Shown here piece by piece: positions 18,588-27,902 of a stretch of DNA of 44,054 nucleotides. Position 1 is the first letter of the stretch, and the number at the start of each line of letters is the position of its first letter. Made by a program: the position numbers and the translations under genes. Origin of the DNA: a virus (Duplodnaviria > Caudoviricetes); the IMG/VR virus record IMGVR_UViG_3300048853_000116, positions 1 through 44,054 of that record; one strand, given 5' to 3'. The notes below the pieces were generated by a model. It was given only the letters and a program-made list of their open reading frames with translations, ran no database searches and was not told where the DNA came from.

Positions 18588-19100
18588 GGGAGGCTCCGGG
18601 TTGTCGGCGCTCCGGTTGAGCGCGGTCAGATAGAGGTTCGGACGATGGACGAGCCCCGCGGACGCCAGCGCCAGGATCTCCTTCGTCTTGGGATCGATGA
18701 GGAGCGCCGGCGAGATGAAGCGGTATTCCCGATTGCCGACCAGCTCGGCGCCGCGCGTCGTCCAGCTCACGGTGCCCCAGATGCCGTCGTCGGCCAGCTC
18801 CAGGCGTTCGATCCACCCCGCCGCCGGCCGCGGCGTGCCGTCCGGGTCCTGCTCGGCGCCGTGCTCGTAATCGACGGGAATGGGTAACCCGCTGGCATTG
18901 AAGGCGGCGATGACCCGCTGCGGGTCGCTCAGCCGGAAGCGGCGGCCGTCACGCCCCTGGATCTCGGGTCCGCGCGGCAGGAGATGAATGCGAGCCGGGG
19001 CACCGCCTTCCGCCTGCAGCGCCAAGCCGAGCGCCTCACACCGCGGAAGATCCGTGGCAGGCGCTTGGTTCAGGGCAATGCAGAAGGGGTGCGTGGTCAT
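18102..19100 (-). CDS. Prohead protease (Mu gpI) with C-terminal scaffold region
   Basis: GRDGR, IPVDYEH, AAGWI, EYRFISP, GLVHRPNL motifs. Confidence 0.93.
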   Translation of the reverse strand: MTTHPFCIALNQAPATDLPRCEALGLALQAEGGAPARIHLLPRGPEIQGRDGRRFRLSDPQRVIAAFNASGLPIPVDYEHGAEQDPDGTPRPAAGWIERLELADDGIWGTVSWTTRGAELVGNREYRFISPALLIDPKTKEILALASAGLVHRPNLYLTALNRSADNPEPPMLKEILAALGLAETASAADAVVAINALKSEKTVALNAAEHPPIEKFIPRTQHDQVVTQLNEARQKITDFERAANEKRANDLVDEAVKAGKVAPAAKDHFLQMALNAFESTKAAIEAMPAVLQPGADPKLKNDPDPGAGALTDQQKALCRQLGLDEAEFAKA

Positions 19101-19138
19101 GCCGGCGACGATGGCCGGCTGCGGCATCCGTCAACACG

Positions 19139-19152
19139 GATGCACGTGCATC
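19139..19152. promoter_or_regulatory. Perfect palindrome GATGCACGTGCATC, candidate late-activator site
   Basis: About 40 bp upstream of the protease ATG; related copies at 6636 and 32812. Confidence 0.55.
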
Positions 19153-19390
19153 ACCGAGGACGATTTGAGGGCTCGATGCTGGCGATCATCGCCCGTCCGG
19201 GTGGCGCCCGCAAGTCATGCCTTCAGCGTGGCCATTAAAGGGGTTTCTAAGGGGGCTGGCCGGCAACTACTGCCGCGCCTGCGCCGGTCGCCTTAACCGC
19301 AGCCTTGGCCGCGTCGTTGGCGGCTTTCGGCTGAGTTAGGCATTGTGCATAGGCCTTAGGTCCACGCGTCAGCGATACTGCCCTCGCAAT

Positions 19391-21079
19391 CTACTCTGCG
19401 GCTCTGGCCGTTCGGTCAGGATCCACGCGCAAGTACTCGTACATCGCCTCGCGCCGGAGCCCTTCGGCTGGAGTTGTTCTCACAAGCTGGCGGTTCTCGG
19501 GTTCATAGCTCATGCCGTCCACGAGACATGCCTCGGCGACGCGTGAGTTGTGAGCATATAACCAGGCGTAATTCCTTCTGACCCACGAAATAACGGCCAC
19601 ATGGAGCGCGTAACTATCTCTATCAAAGCTGCGTTTTCTCGGCTCGAAGCCCAAAACGTTGAGGCAAAAGCACAGAAAACCCGCTCCTTTGAAGTTTGGG
19701 ATATCTCCCATCCGTAGAACTTCGTTATAGATTAATCGCCGGACCTTGAATTTAACGATATTTCCCGCTGGGCTCGATAGATGATAACCGAACAGCTCGC
19801 TCCAGACGGTGTTATGTTGGATCCACCAACAATGCCATCTTGGTGATTTGACCGACGATGCGGAAAAGATCAATTCAGCAATAAGCTGCGCGAGGTGATC
19901 GTAGAAGGATCTTTCCGAGAACCATCCGTTTTGATCCCGGACGCGCAGCCGAACAGCCTTTAAGGGCGCCTTTTTATCAAGTATTTCCACCGCTTTCTGA
20001 ATGAAGCTGGTAATGACGCGCACGCGCGCCAATACGTCCCTGTCCGGGCTATCGTTGGCTAGGCCGTTGAGGGTGCGGAGATCTGATACCGCGTGCTCAA
20101 GATAGTGAATGGCGCGATTGAGGACCGGTGAGTTGCTCCCGAAGCGCTTCTCGACATAATCTTGGAAAGTCAAAAGAGTGATCCGGCAGTAAGCTTTCCA
20201 ATTTTCAGCATGCCACTTGGACCAAGTAGAAAGGTCGGGATCCAGAAGCGTCCCAATTGCTTCAACCATTTCATAATTAGCAAACATCGCTTGGCTGAGC
20301 GGCTTATGATAGCCTATCAGCCCGGACTCATAGCCTTCAGTCTCATGATAGAGAAATGAATCCGTATTGGTTAGTGCCTCTGTTACGAGATTTTTGGCGA
20401 ATGTCCCGACATGTATCTCATATTTTTCTGTATCTCCGATTTCTTCAAATAACGCTAATGCAGTTAATGGCGACGATGAAACTATTTCGCGACATAGTCG
20501 CCTGTCAGCGATCAGAAGAAGGATGTCGCGTGCGTATATTTCTGTCTTTCTCAGTTCTGCTTCAGTTGTGAAAAACCGTCGATCTGGCGCGTAGTGGACA
20601 AGTTCTCGGGTCGAGTAGATCAATTCATCAGCTATGACCGCCAACTCGGTGGCTGATCCCTTTATCACGTAGTGATATAAGGTCCGGGCGTAACGCTCAG
20701 CGTTTCGTTTGCTGAAAGATGGAGGTCGGAGGAAAGCGAACCATGCCCAAGTAAGGAATGTGACAAGGAATATGCCAGCGAGAAGCGCTTGCCATGATGC
20801 TTGATCGAGAGGGATCCTCCGAGGTACGAGCCAACCCTCCGCACGCCAGAGGTCGGTTAAAACCGTTAGAGCGCCAATCATGGCGACAACGAGGAAGGTC
20901 AGGCCCTGCAGTGGTAGGGGGGCGGTCTTGATCCGAAATCGATACCTGACGTCGGCAATTGTCCATGCGAGCACCATAAGCGCAAGGCCCGCTAGGAACT
21001 CCGAGAATCCAAAAAACTTGGACCCGTTGGAGTTCACTGCAACGAAGCACACCCCCAGAAAACATGGCTGTTCCGGCAC
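19391..21079 (-). CDS. Accessory hypothetical membrane protein (about 3 N-terminal TM segments plus large soluble domain)
   Basis: Long ORF, visibly AT-richer than the phage core; GTG start at 21079 is inferred. Confidence 0.8.
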   Translation of the reverse strand: MPEQPCFLGVCFVAVNSNGSKFFGFSEFLAGLALMVLAWTIADVRYRFRIKTAPLPLQGLTFLVVAMIGALTVLTDLWRAEGWLVPRRIPLDQASWQALLAGIFLVTFLTWAWFAFLRPPSFSKRNAERYARTLYHYVIKGSATELAVIADELIYSTRELVHYAPDRRFFTTEAELRKTEIYARDILLLIADRRLCREIVSSSPLTALALFEEIGDTEKYEIHVGTFAKNLVTEALTNTDSFLYHETEGYESGLIGYHKPLSQAMFANYEMVEAIGTLLDPDLSTWSKWHAENWKAYCRITLLTFQDYVEKRFGSNSPVLNRAIHYLEHAVSDLRTLNGLANDSPDRDVLARVRVITSFIQKAVEILDKKAPLKAVRLRVRDQNGWFSERSFYDHLAQLIAELIFSASSVKSPRWHCWWIQHNTVWSELFGYHLSSPAGNIVKFKVRRLIYNEVLRMGDIPNFKGAGFLCFCLNVLGFEPRKRSFDRDSYALHVAVISWVRRNYAWLYAHNSRVAEACLVDGMSYEPENRQLVRTTPAEGLRREAMYEYLRVDPDRTARAAE

Positions 21080-21620
21080 GTTGTTTTTCCCCCGTGTAAT
21101 CGTCCGGCTCAGGACAATAGCTACCGGGCGGCGGATAGCTTCCGCAACCCTAGCATTCCGGTCGCTGGCTAGACCATTCACTCCTACCGCGCTATGATTT
21201 TTCAAGCGCCCGAGCCATCGCGTCGCGAGACGCGCCGATGAACCGGACAAGAGCCGCGTGGGGGTTATCGGCCCACCGGGCGCATCACCTGCCATTCTGC
21301 TGATTCGGCTTTGTACCCGTCTAAACTTGCCGCGAAGGGTAGACGGAATGTCCGCGCTGTACCCCTAAGCGACCTTCGCACGTCGAAGCACCGGCGGCAG
21401 CCTTGCGCCCAATTTCAGTCGGCGGCAGAGCTCGTGCCCAGCACCAAAAGCCGCCGGTCCGTTTTGAGGACGAGAATGGCAACAACGGGGAAACGGTCTG
21501 GCAGGTTTTGAGCGGTTACGCCGGGAAAGTTGCCCTTCACCTCACATTCCCGGAAATATGCCCTGGTAAGATTCGTTTTTCTCTGCTGGCGTGGAATGCT
21601 CGCCATGGGAGCCAATCAGA

Positions 21621-22112
21621 ATGTCCACGATGACCGATCCGACGCCTGCCATGGTGAGCATGGAGCAGGCTCTGCGCGCCGGGGGGATGCGGCTTGAACC
21701 CAGTCATCTCGACACGAACCTGGGGACTTTTCTCGACTTGGCCAACGGCAAGCGTCGCTTTTCCTGCGCCTACCGCCATGGTGACACGATCACCGCATTC
21801 GCCACCTTGATCATCGTCGATCAGATCGATGGTCTGCCCGTCTTCCACGCCGGGTTCGCGGTGCCGCCTCCATATCGCGGACAAGGGCGCGCGAAGGCGG
21901 TCCTGAAGGCCGCGATCGCCGAGTTGGCCGCCGGGCTAGGCCGGGCCAGCAAATCGGCCTTCTATATCGAAGCGGTTGTCGGCGTCGGCAACGCGGCTTC
22001 GAATGCCGTATGCAGGTCGGTGCTGACGGAGAAGCCGGAGGAGATCACCGATAGCGTCTCGGGACAGCCAGCTCTGCACTACATCCGCAGGGTCGAGACC
22101 GTCCGCGCATGA
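21621..22112 (+). CDS. GNAT-family N-acetyltransferase
   Basis: Acetyl-CoA motif VPPPYRGQGRAK and GNAAS motif. Confidence 0.8.
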   Translation: MSTMTDPTPAMVSMEQALRAGGMRLEPSHLDTNLGTFLDLANGKRRFSCAYRHGDTITAFATLIIVDQIDGLPVFHAGFAVPPPYRGQGRAKAVLKAAIAELAAGLGRASKSAFYIEAVVGVGNAASNAVCRSVLTEKPEEITDSVSGQPALHYIRRVETVRA

Positions 22113-22642
22113 CCACGGCGGACTGGGCCCTCGTAGTGTCGATCTGCTCGGCCGCACTATCCCTGTTCAGCCTGGGCTGGAACGTGTGGTCGAAGTGGGT
22201 CCATCCAAAGCCCAAGATCAAGGTGACTTTCGCCGTCATGAGCATGATCGACGAGAATGGGATGTCCCCGCCTTTCCTTGCCGCCACCGCGACGAACTTC
22301 GGACCAACCGACACGACTCTCAAGCAGATGATCGGTCGCAGCCGGGCGCCGTGGTGGTGCCTGAAGTGGGGTCATCGCCGCTGGCGCTGGGGCATCATGA
22401 ACAACGTCAGGACGCCCCAGGAGGCCATCGCCGAGAGCTACCCGTACTCAGGGCTTCCACATAAGCTGACAGTCGGCGAGGAGTTCTCGGCTTACACGAC
22501 CGCCAAGCATCAACCGCTGCGCGACACCGGCATCATTGACGTTGGGTTTGTCGACGTCTTCGGACGCTATCACTGGGCGCCAAGGAAAGCCGTCAGGGCC
22601 GTGGTGAGATCGATCCGGAAAGACTGGCCGATAAGGGCCTAA
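22109..22642 (+). CDS. Hypothetical protein with N-terminal TM helix
   Basis: ATGA overlap with the GNAT stop; WALVVSICSAALSLFSLGWNVW anchor. Confidence 0.75.
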   Translation: MTTADWALVVSICSAALSLFSLGWNVWSKWVHPKPKIKVTFAVMSMIDENGMSPPFLAATATNFGPTDTTLKQMIGRSRAPWWCLKWGHRRWRWGIMNNVRTPQEAIAESYPYSGLPHKLTVGEEFSAYTTAKHQPLRDTGIIDVGFVDVFGRYHWAPRKAVRAVVRSIRKDWPIRA

Positions 22643-22659
22643 GAGGCGGGAGCTCTGGA

Positions 22660-23042
22660 GCGTACACCGGGGGCAATGCCGAGATCCGCCACCGCCGCAC
22701 TGGCGCCGTCTACGAAATCGAAGCCGACGAGCTTGATTGGGAGCAATTTGGAGGCGATGAACGGGGCATGGGGCCCGAGCTCCGCTATGAGGCCGTCGTC
22801 GAGCATCCGCATCCGGAATGCTCACAGGGGCTCTGTGAGAATACCCGCTCGGGATCGAGAACCGCAATGACACCGATGTCGGCCCGCACGAGGTCCTCAC
22901 CCTAGGGTTTCCGATCTTGAACCTGATGCCCCACGTCGAAGCAATGCTGGAGGCGGACTACGTCAACCGGACCGCAGATATGATCAAGGATTGCCTCGAG
23001 GGCGTCGAGCGAAAGGTCAGGGCGTTGGAGGCATCTGATTAG
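22660..23042 (+). pseudogene. Degraded gene (ERGMGPE...WEYPLG-type small domain)
   Basis: No start codon, frameshift near 22810, TGA at 22836-22838 where Trp is expected. Confidence 0.5.
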
Positions 23043-23181
23043 GCCTCCTGCCCAATCTTATGTCCTTTGCCGCCTTTCCGGGCGCCCAGCCTATATGTCA
23101 CCCCGCCGTCCGCGTGATCCCCTTCCTGAAGACCGCGGACCCGTGCATTGTAGCGCGGGAATTAGGGGGATATCGGCGACG

Positions 23182-24801
23182 ATGAGGATCACTCGGGTCC
23201 AGATCCAGCACTGGCGGTCGATCAAGTACATTGACTTCTATCCGCAAGACATCTGCGTCCTCGTCGGTGCGAACAATGCCGGCAAGACGAACATCCTGAG
23301 TGCGATTAATTTCCTTATCGGTGATCGGTGGCCGATGCCGGGCAACCTGGACGATTCCGACTTCTACGATCGTGACAGGGACCGCGACATCAAAATCCGA
23401 ATCGATTTCAAGGATGCACATTTTAGCTTCATCGATTTCGATACCGCACGGCTCCAGTACACCCTCCAAGCTGGAGACCGGCACGGCAACATCGTGAAGG
23501 GCTTCAACAACACGATGCGGGAGGAGCTCGCATTCGCGTATGTCGATGCGAGCCGGAACTTTGAGAGGCAGTTCAGCGCCTCGCGCTGGTCCTTGTTTGG
23601 CCAAGCCCTGAGGTTCCTGCATTCAGAGCTCAAGCACAACGGGGAGCAGCTCGGTAAGCTGAGAAAGACGCTCGGCGAGGCGCACCAACTACTTCAAACA
23701 GATCTTTACAAGGGTTTCGAGGAGAACCTTCGCGAAGCATTCGCCGCTCAGCTTAAGACGGCGCGATACGACGTCGCCTTCGAGTTCAGGACGATCGAGG
23801 AGACCAATCTCTACCGCAGCCTCTATCCGACTCTGATCGAGCGCGGGAGCGCACGCAGCCCGGCGGAAGTCGGCTCGGGGGTGAGGAACGTCTTAGTTCT
23901 CGCGCTCTTCCAGGCGTTCGCGAAGTCTTTCCGGGGCGGCGCCATCTTGGGCATCGAGGAGCCCGAGTTGTATCTGCACCCTCACGCGCAGCGGAGCTTG
24001 ATGCGGCAGTTCGAGGAACTCGCTGCGGCTGGAAATCAAATCTTCATCTCATCCCACAGCGTCCACTTCCTCGATGTCTCGCGTAGCGATCGCATAGTTC
24101 TGGTCGAGCGATGTGAGGACGATGAGGAAGAGGTCTGCACGCAGGTGGCGATCACCTCCAGTGACGAATTGCTCGCGCTGAGAAAGTCGCTACATCCCGA
24201 GCGGGAGATGACGGTTGAGTCCATGCGGAGCTTTATTCGCAACATCCGCACAGCTGAGATGACAGAAGCATATTTCGCGCGGTGCGTGGTGGTGGTCGAG
24301 GGCGCGACCGAGCGCGAGGCACTGCCGATCTACGCCAGGGCGCTAGGTCTCGACTTCGACCAATCCGGCATCTCGATCGTGGCGGCCGGCAGCAAGTCGG
24401 CAATCGACACCTTGGTCCATCTCTATGGGGCCCACGCCATACGGCGGTTCGTGATTTTCGACAACGACGTTGAGAATGATCAGGAGAAAACCACAAACCG
24501 AACCCTGTGCCGGCTGCTAGGCCAGCCCGAAGCAGACGTCCCGCCAGCTCAAATTCATGGAGATTTCGCCATCATCGATGGCAACTGGGAAAAGCAGTTC
24601 CAAACGGAACTTAATGCGATGGAGGCAGGGCTCTACGCGAAGCTCGAAGCCCAGGCCCGAGCCGCTCTTGGCATCGGACCGCGGCGAAACAAGCCTTTGG
24701 TTGCTCGCTTCATCGCTGAGAGCCTCATTGAGAAGGCCACGATCCCCGAGTTCGTTAGGACGATCATCACGAAGATCAGCGCCAAGGTTGCTTCAGCTTA
24801 A
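23182..24801 (+). CDS. OLD-family ABC-ATPase-TOPRIM nuclease
   Basis: Walker A GANNAGKT, Walker B IEEPELYLHP, H-loop SSHS, TOPRIM VVEGATE and DND; ATG with AGGGGG RBS. Confidence 0.92.
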   Translation: MRITRVQIQHWRSIKYIDFYPQDICVLVGANNAGKTNILSAINFLIGDRWPMPGNLDDSDFYDRDRDRDIKIRIDFKDAHFSFIDFDTARLQYTLQAGDRHGNIVKGFNNTMREELAFAYVDASRNFERQFSASRWSLFGQALRFLHSELKHNGEQLGKLRKTLGEAHQLLQTDLYKGFEENLREAFAAQLKTARYDVAFEFRTIEETNLYRSLYPTLIERGSARSPAEVGSGVRNVLVLALFQAFAKSFRGGAILGIEEPELYLHPHAQRSLMRQFEELAAAGNQIFISSHSVHFLDVSRSDRIVLVERCEDDEEEVCTQVAITSSDELLALRKSLHPEREMTVESMRSFIRNIRTAEMTEAYFARCVVVVEGATEREALPIYARALGLDFDQSGISIVAAGSKSAIDTLVHLYGAHAIRRFVIFDNDVENDQEKTTNRTLCRLLGQPEADVPPAQIHGDFAIIDGNWEKQFQTELNAMEAGLYAKLEAQARAALGIGPRRNKPLVARFIAESLIEKATIPEFVRTIITKISAKVASA

Positions 24802-25023
24802 CCCGCTGCCCGTGCACAACAGGAGGCAATCTGGAGCGAAGCCTGATTCAATGCGGGCAGGTGAGCATGACGGCGCCAACAGTTGGGTGCGCCAGAAGCG
24901 GCTGCTGTTGGGAAGCCGCCGGTGACCTTGGAACGACGGAGATGAGGTCGGAAGTCGCCGATCCGTCCCAACAGTGCAAATGGCAGCTATGGCCGGCCGG
25001 CGAACTGAAAGCTGGCGGCTGCG

Positions 25024-26268
25024 TCATCGCGCTTCCTCCTCCCCATACAGCACCGTCACAGGTCGCGTTCCATCCACCCAGGGCCGCAGCGGCGCCTGTT
25101 CGTAACGCGTCCCGTGGATCTTGTACCAAGTCGACAGGAACACCTCGGTCCCGTCCTTGGTCGCCGTCAGCGAGGCCCGCCACCAGAGGCCGTCCTCAAC
25201 CGCCCTATCGACCAGAAGCTTGCGGTCGCCCTCCTGGATAATGCGGCCGGCGTCGATCGCCTGCTGCACCAGCCTGTAGGTCTCGAAGGTGGCTTCCGGG
25301 TGATGTGGCCGGCCGGACTTGCCCCGCCGCATCGACTTGGCGCCGATCTCGCCCGAGGCGCGGACGATCGAGGTCTTGGCGCCAATCGCCTGCTGGAGAG
25401 CCTGGGGCAGGACGGCGATCGGCGCATGGTTGTCGCGTGAGGCCCGGCCGGAGATGACATATTCGGTCAGAGGATGCCTCGCGAGATCCTGGACGGCGCG
25501 GCGGCGGGCCTCCTCCGGCATCCGATCGAGGGCGCCGGCGAGATTGCGCGACAGCGTCCGGTCGCGCATCACGCCCGGATTGTGCTGCCAGCCGGGATCG
25601 ATCCCGACCGGCACCATCTCGGTTTCGCCGGTTCGTCTATTGCGCCAGGCCCGCATCTCGACGGGCGGCGCGTCGCGCCGATCGGCCGGCGCGCGCTCGG
25701 CTGCCGGCCGGGAGATCTGCCTGACCCGGCATCTGCAGAGCCAGCCGTTCGGCGGGTAATGCGTCGCCCACCAGGGATCGTCGACGGAAAGGGTCGTGCC
25801 GACCCAGCCGAGATGCTCCGGCCGTTTGTGCTCGGCGAGCGAGACCAGATATTCGAGGAACGGGAGCACGTCCTTCGTCTGCTGGGTGCGCGCCCATTCG
25901 CCCGCGGCCTCGGCCGAGGCAACATTCGCCCAGTAGATCGTGCGCAGCCGCCGCGGCGAGCCGAGCTGCACGATCCCGTCGCGACCGGTCACCGGATCTG
26001 TTGCGATCTTCCGCCCCCACCAGCCCTTGGCCTGCAGCACCGGCGTCAGCTCGGCGCGAAAGGTCTCGAAGGACTTGCGATCGACGACGGCCTGGCGCAC
26101 CGCGGCCCGGAGATCATCGATGACATCGTAGCCGGCCGTCTTGGCCACGGTGAAGCCGAGCGCATGCTCGCGGGGCGCGATGTCTCGCCAGTCGAAGGTC
26201 GGGACGGACGGTCGCCGGTCGAAATAGTCCACGACTTCGCGTGGGGCCGTGCGGAACAGCTCGGTCAT
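25024..26268 (-). CDS. MuF head morphogenesis protein with C-terminal extension
   Basis: FTVAK, RRLRTIY, YPPNGWLCRCRV, GIDPGWQHNPG motifs followed by about 150 extra residues. Confidence 0.92.
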   Translation of the reverse strand: MTELFRTAPREVVDYFDRRPSVPTFDWRDIAPREHALGFTVAKTAGYDVIDDLRAAVRQAVVDRKSFETFRAELTPVLQAKGWWGRKIATDPVTGRDGIVQLGSPRRLRTIYWANVASAEAAGEWARTQQTKDVLPFLEYLVSLAEHKRPEHLGWVGTTLSVDDPWWATHYPPNGWLCRCRVRQISRPAAERAPADRRDAPPVEMRAWRNRRTGETEMVPVGIDPGWQHNPGVMRDRTLSRNLAGALDRMPEEARRRAVQDLARHPLTEYVISGRASRDNHAPIAVLPQALQQAIGAKTSIVRASGEIGAKSMRRGKSGRPHHPEATFETYRLVQQAIDAGRIIQEGDRKLLVDRAVEDGLWWRASLTATKDGTEVFLSTWYKIHGTRYEQAPLRPWVDGTRPVTVLYGEEEAR

Positions 26269-27899
26269 GCGATCTCGCCCGTGAAGCCGTTGCCGCGAGC
26301 CTTCATGCCGAGGATCGCGATGTGACGGGCCAGCGCGTCGACCGGAAAAACGGCCGCCAGCGCGAGCAGGCGGCGATCGAGGTCATCGAAATCCGTCGCC
26401 TCTTCGAAGGCCTTTTGAAGGGCCTCTCGAATGGGCTCCATGACGCGTTCCCAATCGCCCAAGGCGTCCTCGACCAGTCGATCGCGTTCGTCGAGGATCT
26501 CGGCATTGAGCGCGACCGAAGGACCACAGACAGGGCAAATGCCCGGCTTCAGGCGGTATCGGTTGTCGGCGCGGGCCGGGTCGTCGTCTTCCTCGGCCGA
26601 GCTGTCGTCGGTCGCGGGCGGGGTCTGCGGCTCGCGCTTGCCCCCGCCCGAGGCGCCTCGCGGCTTCAGGATCTTGGCGCCCTTGGCGGGCTCGCGATGC
26701 CCGATACGGTCGCGCACCTCCGCCTGCTCGATCTCCAGCCCGCGGTCGACGAGCTGGCCGATGGCCGAGGCATAGGCGGCGAGATCCTCCCGCTCCATCA
26801 CGGGCAGGACGATCATGGGGTATTTGCCGCGCGGCCGCGGCCCGAAATTGAGGTCCACCCAGGGCCGCACGACGTCGCGATTGAGCGTCACGGTCAGGTC
26901 GCGCGCATCATCCTCCTTGATGTCGATGCGCACCTTGTCGTGGATCGCGGCCTGGCCGAGCGAGGAGCCGTCGTCGGCGGTCATCGTCTGGCCGATGATG
27001 ACCTTGGAGACCTGCTTGTCGATGTAGCTGGCAAAGCCCTCGAACGGCTTTTCCGAGAAGCCCTTCACCTCGACGAAGTCGATCGACATGCCCTGTGGGA
27101 TGATGGCGGCGGCATCGCGGCCGAGGTTGCGCACGGCCTGAAGCAGCACGGCCCGGTCCTGCGGGCTTGCGCCGGGGCCGTATTTGCCGAGACGCAGCGG
27201 CATGCCGTGCACTTCGAGGAAGGCCGCCCAGTCCTTCAAGGTGAAGCTCTTGAGCAGGAAGGCCCAGGCGGCGATCCTAGCGAGGCCGTTGCGCGCCGGC
27301 AGCCCGCTCTTCAGCTTCGGCGTGTGCACCACGAATTTGAACGGGCTGAGCGGCAGCCCGTTGGGGTCCTCCGTGGTGCGCACGCGCAGCTCGCGCCGCG
27401 TGTCGCGATCCCACTGGAAGAGGCGCGGGTCGCGCTCCTCGAAGCCGGCGATGTCCCAGCGCGTGCCCGAGGTCTCCCAGAGGATCTCGGCCACCGCATA
27501 GCCTTTGCCCAGGCTGTCCAGCAGGTGGCCGACGAGGTCCGTGAAATCCGGCCGATCGACCAGCTCCTCCTTCACGGCATCGGCGATCTCGATATCCTGC
27601 GCGTCCTCGGTCGGCGCTTTGACGAAGGCCTCGATCCCCTTGATGGCTGTCTTCCGCGTGCCGAGCACGGAGCGATATTGGAACTCGCGCTCTTCCATCT
27701 CTTCGGCGAGCGTCAGGAAATCGTACATCTCGCCCTGGGCGGCGTCGCGCAGCACTTGCGCCAGGCGCGCCGGGTTGAGCCCGGATGCGACCACGTCATC
27801 GAAGACCTGGCGCACGCCCGTCACTGACGGCGTGACGATTTCCTCGCGAAGGCCGCGCGTCTTGATCGGGTTTCCCCATTGGTCGAGGAGCTGCGCCAT
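26265..27899 (-). CDS. Portal protein (Mu gp29 / DUF935)
   Basis: EEMEER, DWAAFLEVHGMPLRLGKY, SKVIIGQT motifs. Confidence 0.95.
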   Translation of the reverse strand: MAQLLDQWGNPIKTRGLREEIVTPSVTGVRQVFDDVVASGLNPARLAQVLRDAAQGEMYDFLTLAEEMEEREFQYRSVLGTRKTAIKGIEAFVKAPTEDAQDIEIADAVKEELVDRPDFTDLVGHLLDSLGKGYAVAEILWETSGTRWDIAGFEERDPRLFQWDRDTRRELRVRTTEDPNGLPLSPFKFVVHTPKLKSGLPARNGLARIAAWAFLLKSFTLKDWAAFLEVHGMPLRLGKYGPGASPQDRAVLLQAVRNLGRDAAAIIPQGMSIDFVEVKGFSEKPFEGFASYIDKQVSKVIIGQTMTADDGSSLGQAAIHDKVRIDIKEDDARDLTVTLNRDVVRPWVDLNFGPRPRGKYPMIVLPVMEREDLAAYASAIGQLVDRGLEIEQAEVRDRIGHREPAKGAKILKPRGASGGGKREPQTPPATDDSSAEEDDDPARADNRYRLKPGICPVCGPSVALNAEILDERDRLVEDALGDWERVMEPIREALQKAFEEATDFDDLDRRLLALAAVFPVDALARHIAILGMKARGNGFTGEIA

Positions 27900-27902
27900 G
27901 TC

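Noticed and set aside
21403-21633. 76-aa and 66-aa ORFs upstream of the GNAT gene
   Set aside because: No convincing RBS or motif; could be a remnant but unsupported
23182-24801. Gabija or retron assignment for the OLD gene
   Set aside because: No neighbouring UvrD-like helicase or reverse transcriptase
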